A program made the position numbers and the translations under genes. From an uncultured Planctomycetaceae bacterium (GTDB lineage: Bacteria > Planctomycetota > Planctomycetia > Planctomycetales > Planctomycetaceae): 64,000 bases of DNA. Positions 1-11,059 of the stretch are shown in pieces. Under the pieces are notes generated by a model. The model was not told the DNA's origin, ran no database searches, and saw only the letters and a list, made by a program, of their open reading frames with translations. Each line of letters begins with the position of its first letter. Position 1 is the stretch's first letter. Location of the stretch: positions 352,001-416,000 of the forward strand of contig CAWFAK010000012.1 in assembly GCA_963813715.1 (NCBI GenBank). Reading direction: 5' to 3'.

Positions 1-915
1 AACTTGCTTCCAACAAGGCGGGCGGCCAATTTCGCGACGTCGCCTTTAGCCCCGATGGAAGCGCCATCGCGTATGGCGAACACCAACCCCAAGAACGGGC
101 GCGATCACATTCGGGTCGTCGATGCGGCGACAGGGAGTTCGCGATTCGACATCGACGCGGGTCAAGTCGATTCTCTCTTCTACACTCCCGGAGGCTCACT
201 GCTCGCTTCTCAAGAGCGCGGCGGCAGCCCGGCGAGTCTGCGGCTCCAGATTCGCGACGCCCGAACCGGCACGGATGTTCGCACGATTCCCCTCGGATCG
301 AACCCGGCTCTGTTTGCGTTTTCGCCCAGCGAGAATCTCTTCGTGTCAGCCGGCCAGAAGCACGATTCCCCAATCGAACTGTTCCGTCTGCCCGACCAAA
401 AACGCGCCGCCACGCTCAATGGATTTGGCGAGACCATTCATGCTCTGGCAATCACCAAGGACGGGAGGCACCTCATCGGGCGGGGCGACGGAGGATACAT
501 CGCCGTTCTCTCGCGAGAGACGGGATCCATCGTCCGTCAATTCACCGTAGCTGAGGCCTCTTCGGTCGATGGTTACGCGATGACCATTTCTCCCGATGGA
601 CGCGCGCTGGCAATCGGATCGAAAAACTCGATCGTGCTTGCCGACTTTGAGAGCGGCCAAGCGATGTGTTCGCTGCCACTTCCAGCTGAAATGAAGGCCG
701 TCGCATCGATCGCATTTGCATCGGATGGCCGGACGGTGGTAGCAAGCGCAGTGACGGCCGGAGGTCATTGCGGAGTGTACCTCTGGCAAGTGCGTGACAG
801 CCCGGTCGCGCGGTCTCACGCAGGAGACGCGAAACTCTCGCGAGTCCTCACACCCGCACCTCGCCATGTGCCACCACGCGATCTCCAGAGCACTCCGTTC
901 GAATCGGTCCGATGA
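1..915 (+). CDS. WD40/beta-propeller repeat protein, 5'-truncated by the window edge
   Basis: Repeated blades such as '[15 protein letters not shown]', '[15 protein letters not shown]', '[14 protein letters not shown]' and '[14 protein letters not shown]...VYLWQV'; the frame is open at the window start. Confidence 0.75.
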   Translation, partial: NLLPTRRAANFATSPLAPMEAPSRMANTNPKNGRDHIRVVDAATGSSRFDIDAGQVDSLFYTPGGSLLASQERGGSPASLRLQIRDARTGTDVRTIPLGSNPALFAFSPSENLFVSAGQKHDSPIELFRLPDQKRAATLNGFGETIHALAITKDGRHLIGRGDGGYIAVLSRETGSIVRQFTVAEASSVDGYAMTISPDGRALAIGSKNSIVLADFESGQAMCSLPLPAEMKAVASIAFASDGRTVVASAVTAGGHCGVYLWQVRDSPVARSHAGDAKLSRVLTPAPRHVPPRDLQSTPFESVR

Positions 916-2297
916 CGTCGCGCACGAACGCGTCGACTTGCTCGGGGGCCCGTCCGACAAACTTGCGGGCGTCGAGTGCGCTCTCGAGATCGACGCCGGC
1001 AAAGGCGCCGTCCGATTTCAGTCGGTCAATCAGGTCGTTGGCCGCCCCCTCGTCCTTCACCTGGCGCGCGGCTTCCTGGCTGTGAACGCGGATCCGCTCG
1101 TGCAGCACTTGCCGATCGCCGCCCGCCCGCACGCCGGCCATCAGGATTTCCTCGGTCGCCAGGAACGGCAGCTCCTCGCGCAAGTTTCGCTCGACCACGC
1201 GCGGGTGAACGACCAACCCTTCGATCACGTTGCGGTAGAGAATGAGCACCGCGTCGATCGCCAAAAACGCCTGCGGCAGCGACAGCCGGCGGTTGGCGCT
1301 GTCGTCGAGCGTGCGTTCCATCCACTGCGTCGCCGCGGTCTGTTCGGCATTCCCGGCGAGACTGATCGCGAATCGCGACAGCGCGCACATCCGCTCAGAG
1401 CGCATCGGGTTCCGTTTGTAGGCCATCGCCGACGAGCCGATCTGCTTGCTCTCGAACGGCTCGTCGATCTCCTTGCGGCTCTGGAGAATCCGTAGATCGG
1501 TCCCGGCCTTGTGCGCCGACTGCCCGACGCCCGCCAACGCGGCCAGTACCTGCGCGTCGACCTTGCGCGAGTACGTCTGCCCGGTGACCGGATACGAGGC
1601 CGCGAATCCCATCTTCTCGGCGACGCGTCGGTCGAGCGTCGCAACCTTCGCGTGGTCCCCGTCGAACAGCGACAAAAAGCTGGCTTGCGTGCCGGTCGTC
1701 CCCTTGGCGCCGCGAAACTTGAGCTGCGCCAGGCGATGCTCGACCTCCTCGAGATCGAGCACCAGATCGTAGCACCACAGCGTGGCCCGCTTGCCGACTG
1801 TGGTCGGCTGGGCGGGCTGCAGATGCGTCAAACCCAGGCAGGGCAAGTCGCGATGCTTTTCGGCGAATCGGGCGAGTGCATCGATGACCGCGACCAGCCC
1901 GCTCTGCACCAAGCTGCAGGCTTTCGCGAATCAGGATCAACTCGGTGTTGTCGGTGACGAAGGCGCTCGTCGCTCCCAGGTGCAGGATGCCGCCGGCTCC
2001 CGGGCAGCGATCGCGATACGTATAGACGTGGGCCATCACGTCGTGCCGCAGCTCGCGTTCGTAGCGGGCGGCCAGCTCGAAGTCGATGTCGTCGACGGCG
2101 GCGGCCAGCTCGTCGATTTGCGCCTGCGTGATCGGCAGCCCAAGTTCGCGCTCAGCCTCGGCCAGCGCGACCCACAGCTTGCGCCAGGTCGAGTGGATGC
2201 GCTGCCGCGACCAGAGCCGGCACATCGCTTCCGAGGCGTAGCGGCCAATCAGGGGATTTTCGTAAAGCTCTTGCGGCGCTCGGCTGGAACTCGCCAC
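848..2297 (-). CDS. purB: Adenylosuccinate lyase, frameshift near 1915
   Basis: N-terminal part '[11 protein letters not shown]...RHDVMAH...HLGATS' in ORF 1395-2297; C-terminal part '[14 protein letters not shown]', '[12 protein letters not shown]' and signature '[11 protein letters not shown]' in ORF 848-1912. Confidence 0.95.
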
Positions 2298-2496
2298 GGA
2301 ACGTCTTTCGTCCTCAAAGAATTAAGAATTCACTCGAATAAATTCGCTCGGATAAGTCCCTATCGCCGCGAAACTCGACCCGCACGGAGCCGGGCCGTAA
2401 AATTTGCGCCAGCATCTGAGCGACTCGCGCAGGGCCACAACGCTTGGGACACTGGGGATGACACCGCCAGCAACCGGCGCGTTCGGGTCGAATCGT

Positions 2497-2548
2497 CTAC
2501 AATTGCCCCGGGCTGGGTTGTTGGGCTCGGGCGACGGGGCCATTGTAG
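2497..2548. promoter_or_regulatory. Inverted repeat with a TACAAT (-10-like) hexamer in each arm, between divergent purB and tal
   Basis: CTACAATtGCCCCG (2497-2510) pairs with CGGGGCcATTGTAG (2535-2548). Confidence 0.4.
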
Positions 2549-2636
2549 CGGGGGCTGCCCGCACTGTGGAGAAGCCGACCGACCTGCCCGTTCCGAATAC
2601 GAGCGGCAAGACACCTGAAACCGAAAGGGATTCGAC

Positions 2637-3686
2637 ATGACACCCTTGGAATCGCTGATCGCAACGGGGACGAAACTCTGGCTCGACAGCGTCGATCCCG
2701 ACTTGATCAAGGTCAATCGCGGCTTCGGGGCGACGGGCGCCACCTCGAACCCCATCATCATTTCGGACCTCATCAAGACGGGCCGCTTCGATAAACACCT
2801 CACCGAACTGATGGAAAAAGGCTCGAGCGACGAAGAGGTCGCCTGGTTGATGACCGACAACTTCGTCCGCCAGGCCCAAGAGGTCTTCAAGGAGGTCAAT
2901 GACTCGACGAAGGGCAACAACGGCTACGTGAGCTTCGAGCTCGACCCTCTGTTGGAAGATCCGGCCTGCAAGCTATCGATCCCCGAAAAGGCGGCGAAGT
3001 ACGTCGAGCTCGGCCGCAAATGGTCGGCCGGCCATACCAACCGCATGATCAAGGTGCCCGGCACTCCGGGCGGGCTGGCGGCGCTCGAGCAGTTGGCGTC
3101 CGAGGGCCTGACCCTCAACGTCACGCTGCTCTTCTCCGATCGCCAGTACAAGATCGCCCGCGACAACGTGTGGCGCAGAGCGCAACGGCGGAAGTCGCTC
3201 GACCGGTTCAAGTCGGTTTACAGCATCTTCGTCAGCCGGCTCGACGTCTACACGAAGGAGCACATTCCCGAACTGTCGCCGGCCGCGCAGGGACAGGTCG
3301 GCATCGTCAACGCCAAGCGGCTCTGGAAGGAGAACCAGGAGTTCTGGAAGGACAAGAAGCTGCCGCTGCAGCAAGAGTTCATTTTCGCCAGCACGGGAAC
3401 CAAGGATAAGCACGATCCGCCGGACAAGTACGTCTCCGCCTTTGCGGGCGCGGACATCGAGACCAATCCGCCGGCCACTAACGCGGCCGTGCAGGCGATG
3501 ACCGGCAAAACCTTCACGCGGATGGTCGATCAGCTGCCCGCCGCAGGCCGTGCTCGACGAAGTCGACAAAAAAGTCGATTTCCATAAGCTCGAAGAAGTG
3601 CTGATGGATGAGGGAACGAAGAAGTTCGCCGATCCCTTCAAGAGCCTCTTGGCGCTGATTGCCCAAAAGCGGTCGGCGCTGCATGA
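2637..3686 (+). CDS. tal: Transaldolase, frameshift near 3545; 3' end uncertain
   Basis: 'LWLDS', 'GATSNP', 'MIKVPGT' (Schiff-base Lys), 'NVTLLFS', 'FVSRLD', 'ASTGTK'; the C-terminus '[17 protein letters not shown]' continues in ORF 3550-4239. Confidence 0.9.
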
Positions 3687-3699
3687 CGGCCGGTCGCCG

Positions 3700-4291
3700 A
3701 TGAACGACCGAGCGCAATCCGATGCAGCATCCACGGGCGCGGCAGCGGGCCGCGCCCGTTCGACGACCATTCTCAGCGTCCGCCTCAACGGCAAGGTGGC
3801 CCTGGGGGGCGACGGCCAGGTGTCCTACGGGAACACCATCATGAAGGCCGACACGCGGAAGATCCGCCGGATCCTCGACAACAAGGTGCTGGTCGGCTTC
3901 GCCGGCTCGACGGCCGACGCCTTCGCCCTGCTCGAACGTTTCGAGGCCCGGGCTAAGGATTATCCCGGCAACATCGTGCGGGCCGCGACGGAGTTGGCCC
4001 GCGACTGGCGGACCGATCGCCTGCTGCGACGGCTCGAGGCGATGATGGTCGTGATCAACGACGAGCACAGCCTGTTGATCACCGGGCAGGGAGACGTCGT
4101 TCAACCGTCCGACGGCATTATCGGCATCGGGTCCGGCGGAACGTACGCACTTGTCGGCAGCCCGGGCCCTGGTGCAGAACACCAAGCTCGCCGCCATCGA
4201 AATTGTCCGTCGCTCCCTGGTGATCGCCTCCGAAATTGACGTCTATACCAACGCGAACATCGTCGTGGAGGAGATGAAGTGTTCGAAATGA
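3700..4291 (+). CDS. hslV: ATP-dependent protease peptidase subunit HslV, frameshift near 4150
   Basis: 'STTILSVR...GGDGQVS...[17 protein letters not shown]...[13 protein letters not shown]...IGSGG'; the end '[15 protein letters not shown]' is in another frame with a stop at 4289-4291; directly upstream of hslU. Confidence 0.93.
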
Positions 4292-5622
4292 CGCCGCGAG
4301 AAATCGTGGCTGAACTGGACAAGCACATCGTCGGGCAGGACGCGGCCAAGCGGGCCGTCGCCATCGCGCTGCGGAACCGCTGGCGCTGGCAAAAGCTGTC
4401 CGACGACGTCCGCAAGGAGGTCACGCCGAAGAACATCATCATGATCGGCCCCACTGGCGTCGGCAAAACGGAGATCACCCGCCGGCTGGCCAGCCTGATG
4501 GGAGCCCCCTTCGTCAAAGTCGAGGCGTCGCGTTACACCGAGGTCGGCTACTACGGCCGCGACGTCGAGAGCATCATCCGCGATCTGGTCGAGGCGGCTA
4601 TCAATCTGGTCCGCAACAAGAAACGGGCCGAAGTCGAAAAGCAGGCCGTGGAGCGGGTGGAGGAGCGTCTGCTGGACTTGCTCGTGCCCGCGTCCGACTG
4701 GCAGTCCGATGGTCCGGAGCAGGCCGCGGCCGGTCAGCGGCGGGAGCGGACCAAGGAAAAATTCCGCGACAAGCTGCGCACGGGGGAGTTGGAGGAACAG
4801 TCGGTCGAGATCTCCGTCGAGCAGCGATCTTCGCCCGTGCAGATCTTTTCCAACATGGGCATGGAGCAGATGGACATGGACTTGCAGGGCATGCTCGAAA
4901 AAATCATGCCCCGCCAGAGTTCCAAGCGGCACCTCAAAGTCCGCGAAGCCCGCCGCGTGCTGTTGGACCAGGAAATCGAGGCGCTCGTCGACAAAGACGC
5001 CGTGCACGAAGAGGCGCTCCGCCTCGCCGAGGGGGCCGGCGTCGTCTTTCTCGACGAGATCGACAAGGTGTGCGGACCGGAAGAGGGAGGCCGAGGCCCC
5101 GACGTCAGCCGGCAAGGCGTGCAGCGCGACTTATTGCCGATCGTCGAAGGGACGACTGTTCAGACTCGTTACGGCTCGATCAAGACCGACCATATCCTGT
5201 TCATCGCCGCCGGCGCGTTCCACAAGTCAAAACCCTCCGACCTGATGCCCGAGTTGCAGGGCCGCTTCCCGATCCGCGTCGAGCTGAAGGACCTGACGCG
5301 CGACGACTTCGTGCGGATTCTGACCGAGCCTGCCACCTCGCTCACCCGCCAGTACGAACTGTTGCTGTCGAGCGACGGCGTGAAGCTCAAATTCAAGAAA
5401 GACGGTGTGGAGGCGCTGGCCGACATCGCCTATCACGTGAACCAGACCAGCCAGAATATCGGAGCACGGCGACTCTACACGCTCTTGGAACGACTGCTCG
5501 AGGATGTGAGCTTCGCGGCCCCCGACGGCGCCAAGAAAACCGTCACGATCGACGCCGAGTACGTGCGGGACAAACTGGACGCGATCACGGCCAACGAGGA
5601 TCTCACGAAGTTCATCCTGTAA
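4279..5622 (+). CDS. hslU: ATP-dependent protease ATPase subunit HslU
   Basis: '[17 protein letters not shown]', Walker A 'GPTGVGKT', 'FLDEIDK', 'GVQRDLLP', 'PELQGRFP', 'NIGARRL'. Confidence 0.97.
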   Translation: MFEMTPREIVAELDKHIVGQDAAKRAVAIALRNRWRWQKLSDDVRKEVTPKNIIMIGPTGVGKTEITRRLASLMGAPFVKVEASRYTEVGYYGRDVESIIRDLVEAAINLVRNKKRAEVEKQAVERVEERLLDLLVPASDWQSDGPEQAAAGQRRERTKEKFRDKLRTGELEEQSVEISVEQRSSPVQIFSNMGMEQMDMDLQGMLEKIMPRQSSKRHLKVREARRVLLDQEIEALVDKDAVHEEALRLAEGAGVVFLDEIDKVCGPEEGGRGPDVSRQGVQRDLLPIVEGTTVQTRYGSIKTDHILFIAAGAFHKSKPSDLMPELQGRFPIRVELKDLTRDDFVRILTEPATSLTRQYELLLSSDGVKLKFKKDGVEALADIAYHVNQTSQNIGARRLYTLLERLLEDVSFAAPDGAKKTVTIDAEYVRDKLDAITANEDLTKFIL

Positions 5623-5668
5623 GGCGGCCTGGGCTGACTGGTACGGCGCTAGTTGGGGAGTGGCGACG

Positions 5669-6064
5669 ATGAGCGAGGCGGAAAAGACTCCGGACGATCC
5701 TCCCGCTTCCAAAGGCTCGCAACCCGCCCCTCGTCGCAGCGCGAGTACAACCGCTCGGATCATCCGCGAGATGGACATGATGCGAGTTGGTATTGATGCG
5801 GTCCTGCGAAGCGTCTCGACGAGCGAACTCGTGTTGGAGGGTCCGCCCGGCCTCAAGCTGCAGGACCAGATCAAAGTCCACCTGCATCACGTCGTCCAGC
5901 GGTTCGAGAAGGAAGTCCGCGGACTGGTGCGGCAGCTCGAGCCGATCGACGCAGAGACCGAGCGGATGACCGTCGAGTTGTTTACCCGGCTGACACCCGT
6001 GGAAACCGGCGTCCTCAAGATGGGAATCGACGTCGACGGCAACGCGGCCCCCCGGTGGATCTGA
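5669..6064 (+). CDS. Hypothetical protein
   Basis: ORF of about 131 aa after a GGGGAG RBS-like site; it fills the hslU-methyltransferase gap and has coding-like codon usage. Confidence 0.6.
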   Translation: MSEAEKTPDDPPASKGSQPAPRRSASTTARIIREMDMMRVGIDAVLRSVSTSELVLEGPPGLKLQDQIKVHLHHVVQRFEKEVRGLVRQLEPIDAETERMTVELFTRLTPVETGVLKMGIDVDGNAAPRWI

Positions 6065-6101
6065 CTGTGCATCGGACTGGGACGCCAACGAAAGAGCAAC
6101 G

Positions 6102-7127
6102 ATGACCGAGCCGGCAGCGAAACCTGATCCCAACAACATTCTGAACCTGCTCTTCGCCTTTCGGCTGTCGAAAACGATGTTCGACGCGGTCTCGCTCGGG
6201 GTTTTCGACGCACTGGCCGAGGGGCCGCAGTCGGCGGCCGCCCTCGCCAAGCGCCTCGAGGCGAACGCCGACGCGCTCGAGCGGCTGCTCGACGCCTGCG
6301 TCGGTCTCCAATTGCTGGCCAAGAAAGGGACCGATTACGCGAATACCCCGGAGGCGTCGGCCTATTTGTGCCAGGCCAGCCCCGATCGTCTGACCGGCTA
6401 CATCAACTATTCCAACGACGTGATGTGGAAGTTGTGGGCGAACCTGAAAGACGCAGTACGCGAAGGAACGAACCGCTGGAAGCAGACGTATGGCTGGGAC
6501 GGCCCCCTGTTTTCGGCCTTTTACCGCACTGACGAGGCGCTCCGCGAGTTTTTGATGGGCATGCACGGGTTCGGACAAATCAGCTCGCCGCACGTGGCCG
6601 CGGCCTTCGACCTCGGGCGGTTCCGCCACCTCGTCGACCTGGGGGGCGGGACGGGCCACCTGGCCGTCGCCGCCTGCGAGCATTACCCTGCCCTGCGCGC
6701 GACCGTGTTCGATCTGCCCGAAGCCCTGTCTCTGGCACGAGAGATTGTCGGCGCCACTCCGGTGGCGGATCGGGTCCAATTCCAAGGTGGCGACTTTTTT
6801 CAGGACGCACTGCCGGAGGCCGACCTGTTCAGCCTGGGGCGGATCTTGCACGACTGGACCGAGGCCAAGATCAGGCGACTGCTGACTCGCGTCTATGAGC
6901 GGCTGCCAAGCGGCGGCGGCGTACTCGTCGCCGAAAAACTGCTCAACGACGATAAAGCAGGTCCGAGCTGGGCGCAGATGCAATCGCTGAACATGCTGGT
7001 CTGCACGGAGGGCAAGGAACGGACGCTGGGCGAATACGCCGACTTACTTCAACAGGTCGGTTTCATCAACGTTCGCGGCAGCCGCAATTCCTCTCCGCTG
7101 GACGCAGTTCTGGCCCTCAAGCCTTAG
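6102..7127 (+). CDS. O-methyltransferase (Methyltransf_2 family with dimerisation domain, ASMT-like)
   Basis: N-terminal winged-helix dimerisation region 'AVSLGVFDALAEGP'; 'LVDLGGGTG', 'VFDLP', 'GDFF', 'RILHDW', 'EGKERT'. Confidence 0.9.
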   Translation: MTEPAAKPDPNNILNLLFAFRLSKTMFDAVSLGVFDALAEGPQSAAALAKRLEANADALERLLDACVGLQLLAKKGTDYANTPEASAYLCQASPDRLTGYINYSNDVMWKLWANLKDAVREGTNRWKQTYGWDGPLFSAFYRTDEALREFLMGMHGFGQISSPHVAAAFDLGRFRHLVDLGGGTGHLAVAACEHYPALRATVFDLPEALSLAREIVGATPVADRVQFQGGDFFQDALPEADLFSLGRILHDWTEAKIRRLLTRVYERLPSGGGVLVAEKLLNDDKAGPSWAQMQSLNMLVCTEGKERTLGEYADLLQQVGFINVRGSRNSSPLDAVLALKP

Positions 7128-7145
7128 CTCGGGACGCGCGCACGC

Positions 7146-8054
7146 ATGCTGTTTCAGTTTGAAAGCGTCACCAAGACTTACGGCTCCATCGTCGCGCTCG
7201 ACAATCTGTCGGTGTCGGCACCGACGGGCGCCATTGGCTTGTTGGGGCCGAACGGCTCGGGCAAAACGACCCTGATCCGCTCGCTGCTGGGGCTCACACG
7301 CGTCGATCGGGGCTCCGGCCAGGTGCTGGGAATGGATTTTCGCCGGCGCCAGCTCGACATCCGGCGGGCCGTCGGCTTCGTTCCCGAAGACGAATGTCTG
7401 TTTCCGCACGTCGTCGGTGTCGAGTTCGTCGCCTATGCGGGCGAACTGGTCGGCATGTCGACCAAGGACGCGATGCAGCGGTCGCACGAAGTTCTCGATT
7501 ACGTCGGGCTGGGCGAGGCCCGCTACCGCAAGGTCGAATCGTATTCGACCGGCATGAAGCAACGGCTGAAGCTGGCCTCGGCCATCGTCCACGACCCGCA
7601 GCTGCTCATCATGGACGAGCCGACCAACGGGATGGATCCCCGCGGCCGCGAAGATCTGCTCGAACTGGCCCGCGACCTGGCCTTGAATAAAGGGATGAGC
7701 CTGCTGTTTTCCAGCCACTTGCTTCCCGACGTCGAGTCGGTGTGCGACCAGATCATCGTTTTAGGACGCGGCAAGCTGCTGACCGAGGGGAACATTCAGC
7801 AGCTCAAGCAACTGCATCAGCGGAGCTTTGAAGTTCGACTGAAGACCGACTCGCGGCCGTTCTGCGATCGACTGTCGGCGCTCGGATGTCGATCCGAAAC
7901 TCGCGAAGACTTTCTGGTCGTGCAGATCCCCGACGGCCGCACGCAGCAACTGCTCTGGGAGGTCGCCGCGCAAGAAAAGGTGCAAATCCGCACCCTGAGG
8001 CCACAGCGGAGCACGCTGGAAGAAGTCTTCCTCAAAGCCCTGGAGCAGGCCTGA
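7146..8054 (+). CDS. ABC transporter ATP-binding protein
   Basis: 'GPNGSGKT', 'YSTGMKQR', 'IMDEPT', 'SSH'. Confidence 0.95.
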   Translation: MLFQFESVTKTYGSIVALDNLSVSAPTGAIGLLGPNGSGKTTLIRSLLGLTRVDRGSGQVLGMDFRRRQLDIRRAVGFVPEDECLFPHVVGVEFVAYAGELVGMSTKDAMQRSHEVLDYVGLGEARYRKVESYSTGMKQRLKLASAIVHDPQLLIMDEPTNGMDPRGREDLLELARDLALNKGMSLLFSSHLLPDVESVCDQIIVLGRGKLLTEGNIQQLKQLHQRSFEVRLKTDSRPFCDRLSALGCRSETREDFLVVQIPDGRTQQLLWEVAAQEKVQIRTLRPQRSTLEEVFLKALEQA

Positions 8055-9201
8055 TGCCGATCTTCGACCAAGGCTACCAGCATTGGAAAGGGCCGTTGTC
8101 GAGCCACGCCTGGCGCTGGTTCGCCATTACGCGCCACGGCGTGCGGATCGGTTTTCAGGGCCGCGTATTTCGCATGGTGCTGCTGGTCTCGCTTTTGCCG
8201 GCGGTCGCCTTGGCCACCGCTCTATGCCTGTGGGGGCTCATCGAACGTCAATCGGATCTGGTGGCGGGTCTGGTGCCGATTCTGGTTTCGTTTCAGTTTC
8301 TCGGACCGGGCGTGGCGACCGATCCCAAAATGTATCGCGTCGAGATCTGGACCCTGTGTTTCAACTTGTTCTTTTCGATCGAGCTGACGCTCTCGATGAT
8401 CCTGATCGTGCTGGTCGGCCCCAGCTTGATCAGTCAGGACCTGCGCTTCAACGCGTTCCCACTCTACTTGTCGCGCCCCATGCGACGGATCGACTATCTC
8501 GGCGGCAAGCTGGGGGTGATCGCGGCCTTCCTCGGCCTGGCGATCATCGTCCCCTGCCTGCTGACGTACGGCCTGGGGCTGCTCTTCACCTTTGATTTGA
8601 CGATCCTGAAAGACACGTATCGACTGCTGTTTGCGAGCGTGGCGTACGGCCTGGTGATCATTTTCGTTTCGGGCATGCTGATTCTGGCGCTGTCGTCTCT
8701 GTCCCGCAGTTCGCGCTGGGTAGCCTTGTTCTGGCTGGGAATCTGGCTGGTGAGCGGTTTTGCCTCGGGCGCTCGAAGGCCTGCAGGTCGCGCAGCGGCA
8801 GCGCGCTCACTTCCAAAGAGTCGCGGAGATTCAAACAAAACGACCGGCCGACGAAACCCGCGAGGAGCGGCGGCGGAGAGTCGAAGCCATGCGCGCCGAT
8901 CAAAAGTCGCGGGTCGAAACGATGCAGATGGAACAGATGGAAGCCTCCAAGAACCGACTGGAGACCTTTGATCTCTTACACGGCCAACCTGTCGCGGATC
9001 GGCCGTCAGCTGCTGGGCACCGATGCCGCCTGGCAGAAGCTGAGCGAGATGCAGCCTCCGCCGATGCGCGAGCGATTCCTCGCGCAATGGGTCGGGCCCC
9101 AATATCCGTGGTATTGGTCGGCGGGAGTGCTGGTCGGCCTGTTTGGGGTTTCCGCCTGCATCCTCAGTCTTTCCGTCCGCTCGCTGGATCGACTGCGATG
9201 A
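8054..9201 (+). CDS. ABC-2 type permease, two frameshifts near 8770 and 8965
   Basis: Starts 'MPIFDQGYQHW' overlapping the ATPase stop; multiple TM segments; 'LYLSRPMRRIDYLGGK'; the last TM segment is in ORF 8968-9201. Confidence 0.8.
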
Positions 9202-10142
9202 CCGAAACTTCCGACAGCAAGCCGATCGTCGAGTTCCACGGGGTCTCCAAGTGGTACGGCAACGTCATCGGCATCAATAAGCTGACGCTACGAGTTCCCG
9301 CCGGCGTCACCGGACTGCTCGGGCCCAACGGCGCCGGCAAATCGACGTTTTTGCAGCTGGCGACGGGCCAGCTCTTTGCGAGCCAGGGACAGGTCCGCGT
9401 GCTGGGCCAATCGGTCTGGAACAATTCGACGATCAATCGCCAAATCGGCCTGTGTCCGGAGCAGGACGCCTTTTATGAGTGGATGACCGGTTGGGACTTC
9501 GTTTACACGTCGGCCCGGCTGGCCGGGCTCAACCGTTCCGCGGCCAAGGACGCCGCCGCGCGCACGATCGAATCGGTCGGCATGACCCGGCACCAGGGCC
9601 GCGCCGTCCGCGGTTACTCCAAAGGGATGCGGCAGCGGACGAAGCTGGCGCAGGCTCTCGTGCACGATCCGCGCGTGCTGTTTCTCGACGAGCCGCTGAC
9701 GGGGACCGACCCGGTCGCCCGCCACGACCTGATGACCATCATCCAGCGTTTGGGTAGCGAAGGGAAAAGCGTCGTCGTCTCCAGCCACGTGCTGCACGAA
9801 GTTCAGTCGCTCACGCCGAACATCATCCTGCTCAACCATGGACGGCTCGTGGCAGAGGGCAACGTTCGCGACATCCGCGACCTGATCGACAAGCATCCGC
9901 ATCAGATCGTGCTGATCTGCGACGAATACCGCAAACTGGCCGGACGCATCCTCGAGTGGGACGACGTCGAGGGCGTCCGCGTGCTGGCCCGCGAACAGGG
10001 CCTGATGGTCGAAACCCGCCAGCCCGACGCGTTTTACAGTCGCCTGCCGGCACTCTCGCTGGAAGACGGCCTCGCCATCAAAGAGGTCTACTCCGACGAC
10101 GATTCGCTCGAAAGCGTCTTCAAGTACCTGGTGAATCGATGA
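9198..10142 (+). CDS. ABC transporter ATP-binding protein
   Basis: 'GPNGAGKS', 'YSKGMRQR', 'FLDEP', 'SSH'; ATGA overlap with the upstream gene. Confidence 0.95.
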   Translation: MTETSDSKPIVEFHGVSKWYGNVIGINKLTLRVPAGVTGLLGPNGAGKSTFLQLATGQLFASQGQVRVLGQSVWNNSTINRQIGLCPEQDAFYEWMTGWDFVYTSARLAGLNRSAAKDAAARTIESVGMTRHQGRAVRGYSKGMRQRTKLAQALVHDPRVLFLDEPLTGTDPVARHDLMTIIQRLGSEGKSVVVSSHVLHEVQSLTPNIILLNHGRLVAEGNVRDIRDLIDKHPHQIVLICDEYRKLAGRILEWDDVEGVRVLAREQGLMVETRQPDAFYSRLPALSLEDGLAIKEVYSDDDSLESVFKYLVNR

Positions 10143-11059
10143 AACCGGCCGCGATCGCGGATGTGACCGCAAACAGTTTCGACTCTCCCGCCGATCGCGG
10201 TGCGCCGGGCTCGTCCCGTTTGGTGTCGCTCTGGACGGTCTACGCGCTCACCTTGCGGCAGCACCTGCACGGCAAGCGGTGGATGGTGATTGCCGGCATG
10301 TGCGTGCTCTGCGCGGGTCTGGTGGCCGTCGTCCGGGCTACCGCGCCTGACGTTCCATCCGTCGAGCTCGAGTTCGACATTGCCTTCATGTTCATCCCGC
10401 AGGCAATCCTGCCGCTCTTGGCGCTGATCTACGCGTCGGGCCTCGTGCGCGATGAACAGGAAGAGCAAACGCTGACTTACCTGCTCATTCGACCGATCCC
10501 CAAGTGGGCTCTCTACAGCTTGAAACTCTTCGCCACGCTGACGACGGCCGTGCTGCTCGTCGTCATGCTGACGTTGTTGACCTACGTTGCCATCTATGCG
10601 GGGGGAGGGACGAGTTTCCGCGAGGTGGCGCCGCGCGTGTTGCGCGCGGCATCGATCCATTCGCTCGCCGTCGTCACCTATTGCTGCCTGTTTGGCTTGA
10701 TCAGCCTGCTCACGAAACGGACGCTCGTCGTCGGCATTCTGTATGTCGCGCTATTCGAGGGCCTGCTGGCAAATCTACCGTTCAGCATCCGTCTGGCGAC
10801 GGTTGTCTACTACACACGGCTGATCGCCTATCGCACGCTGACTTTTTTGGTCCCCTTGCCGATCGACCCTTCCCGCTTCAACGACCTGGCGGCGGAAGTC
10901 TGGCAGTTCGACGTTAAGACCGACCCGGGACTGGTCGACCATCCCCAGCTCCGCACCTGCCTGATTGTGCTATTGGCCGCCTGCGCGATTTCGACCCTGC
11001 TCGCTGCCATCCTCTTCTCCCAGCGCGAGTTCCACGTCAAAACGCCGGAGAAGTCGTAG
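10139..11059 (+). CDS. ABC-2 type permease
   Basis: About 6 TM segments; 'GLVRDEQEEQTLTYLLIRPIPKW' motif; ATGA overlap with the ATPase. Confidence 0.85.
   Translation: MKPAAIADVTANSFDSPADRGAPGSSRLVSLWTVYALTLRQHLHGKRWMVIAGMCVLCAGLVAVVRATAPDVPSVELEFDIAFMFIPQAILPLLALIYASGLVRDEQEEQTLTYLLIRPIPKWALYSLKLFATLTTAVLLVVMLTLLTYVAIYAGGGTSFREVAPRVLRAASIHSLAVVTYCCLFGLISLLTKRTLVVGILYVALFEGLLANLPFSIRLATVVYYTRLIAYRTLTFLVPLPIDPSRFNDLAAEVWQFDVKTDPGLVDHPQLRTCLIVLLAACAISTLLAAILFSQREFHVKTPEKS

Noticed and set aside
848..915. 68-nt convergent overlap of the WD40 gene and purB as an antisense mechanism
   Set aside because: Both tails are low-information and could be extended by indel errors
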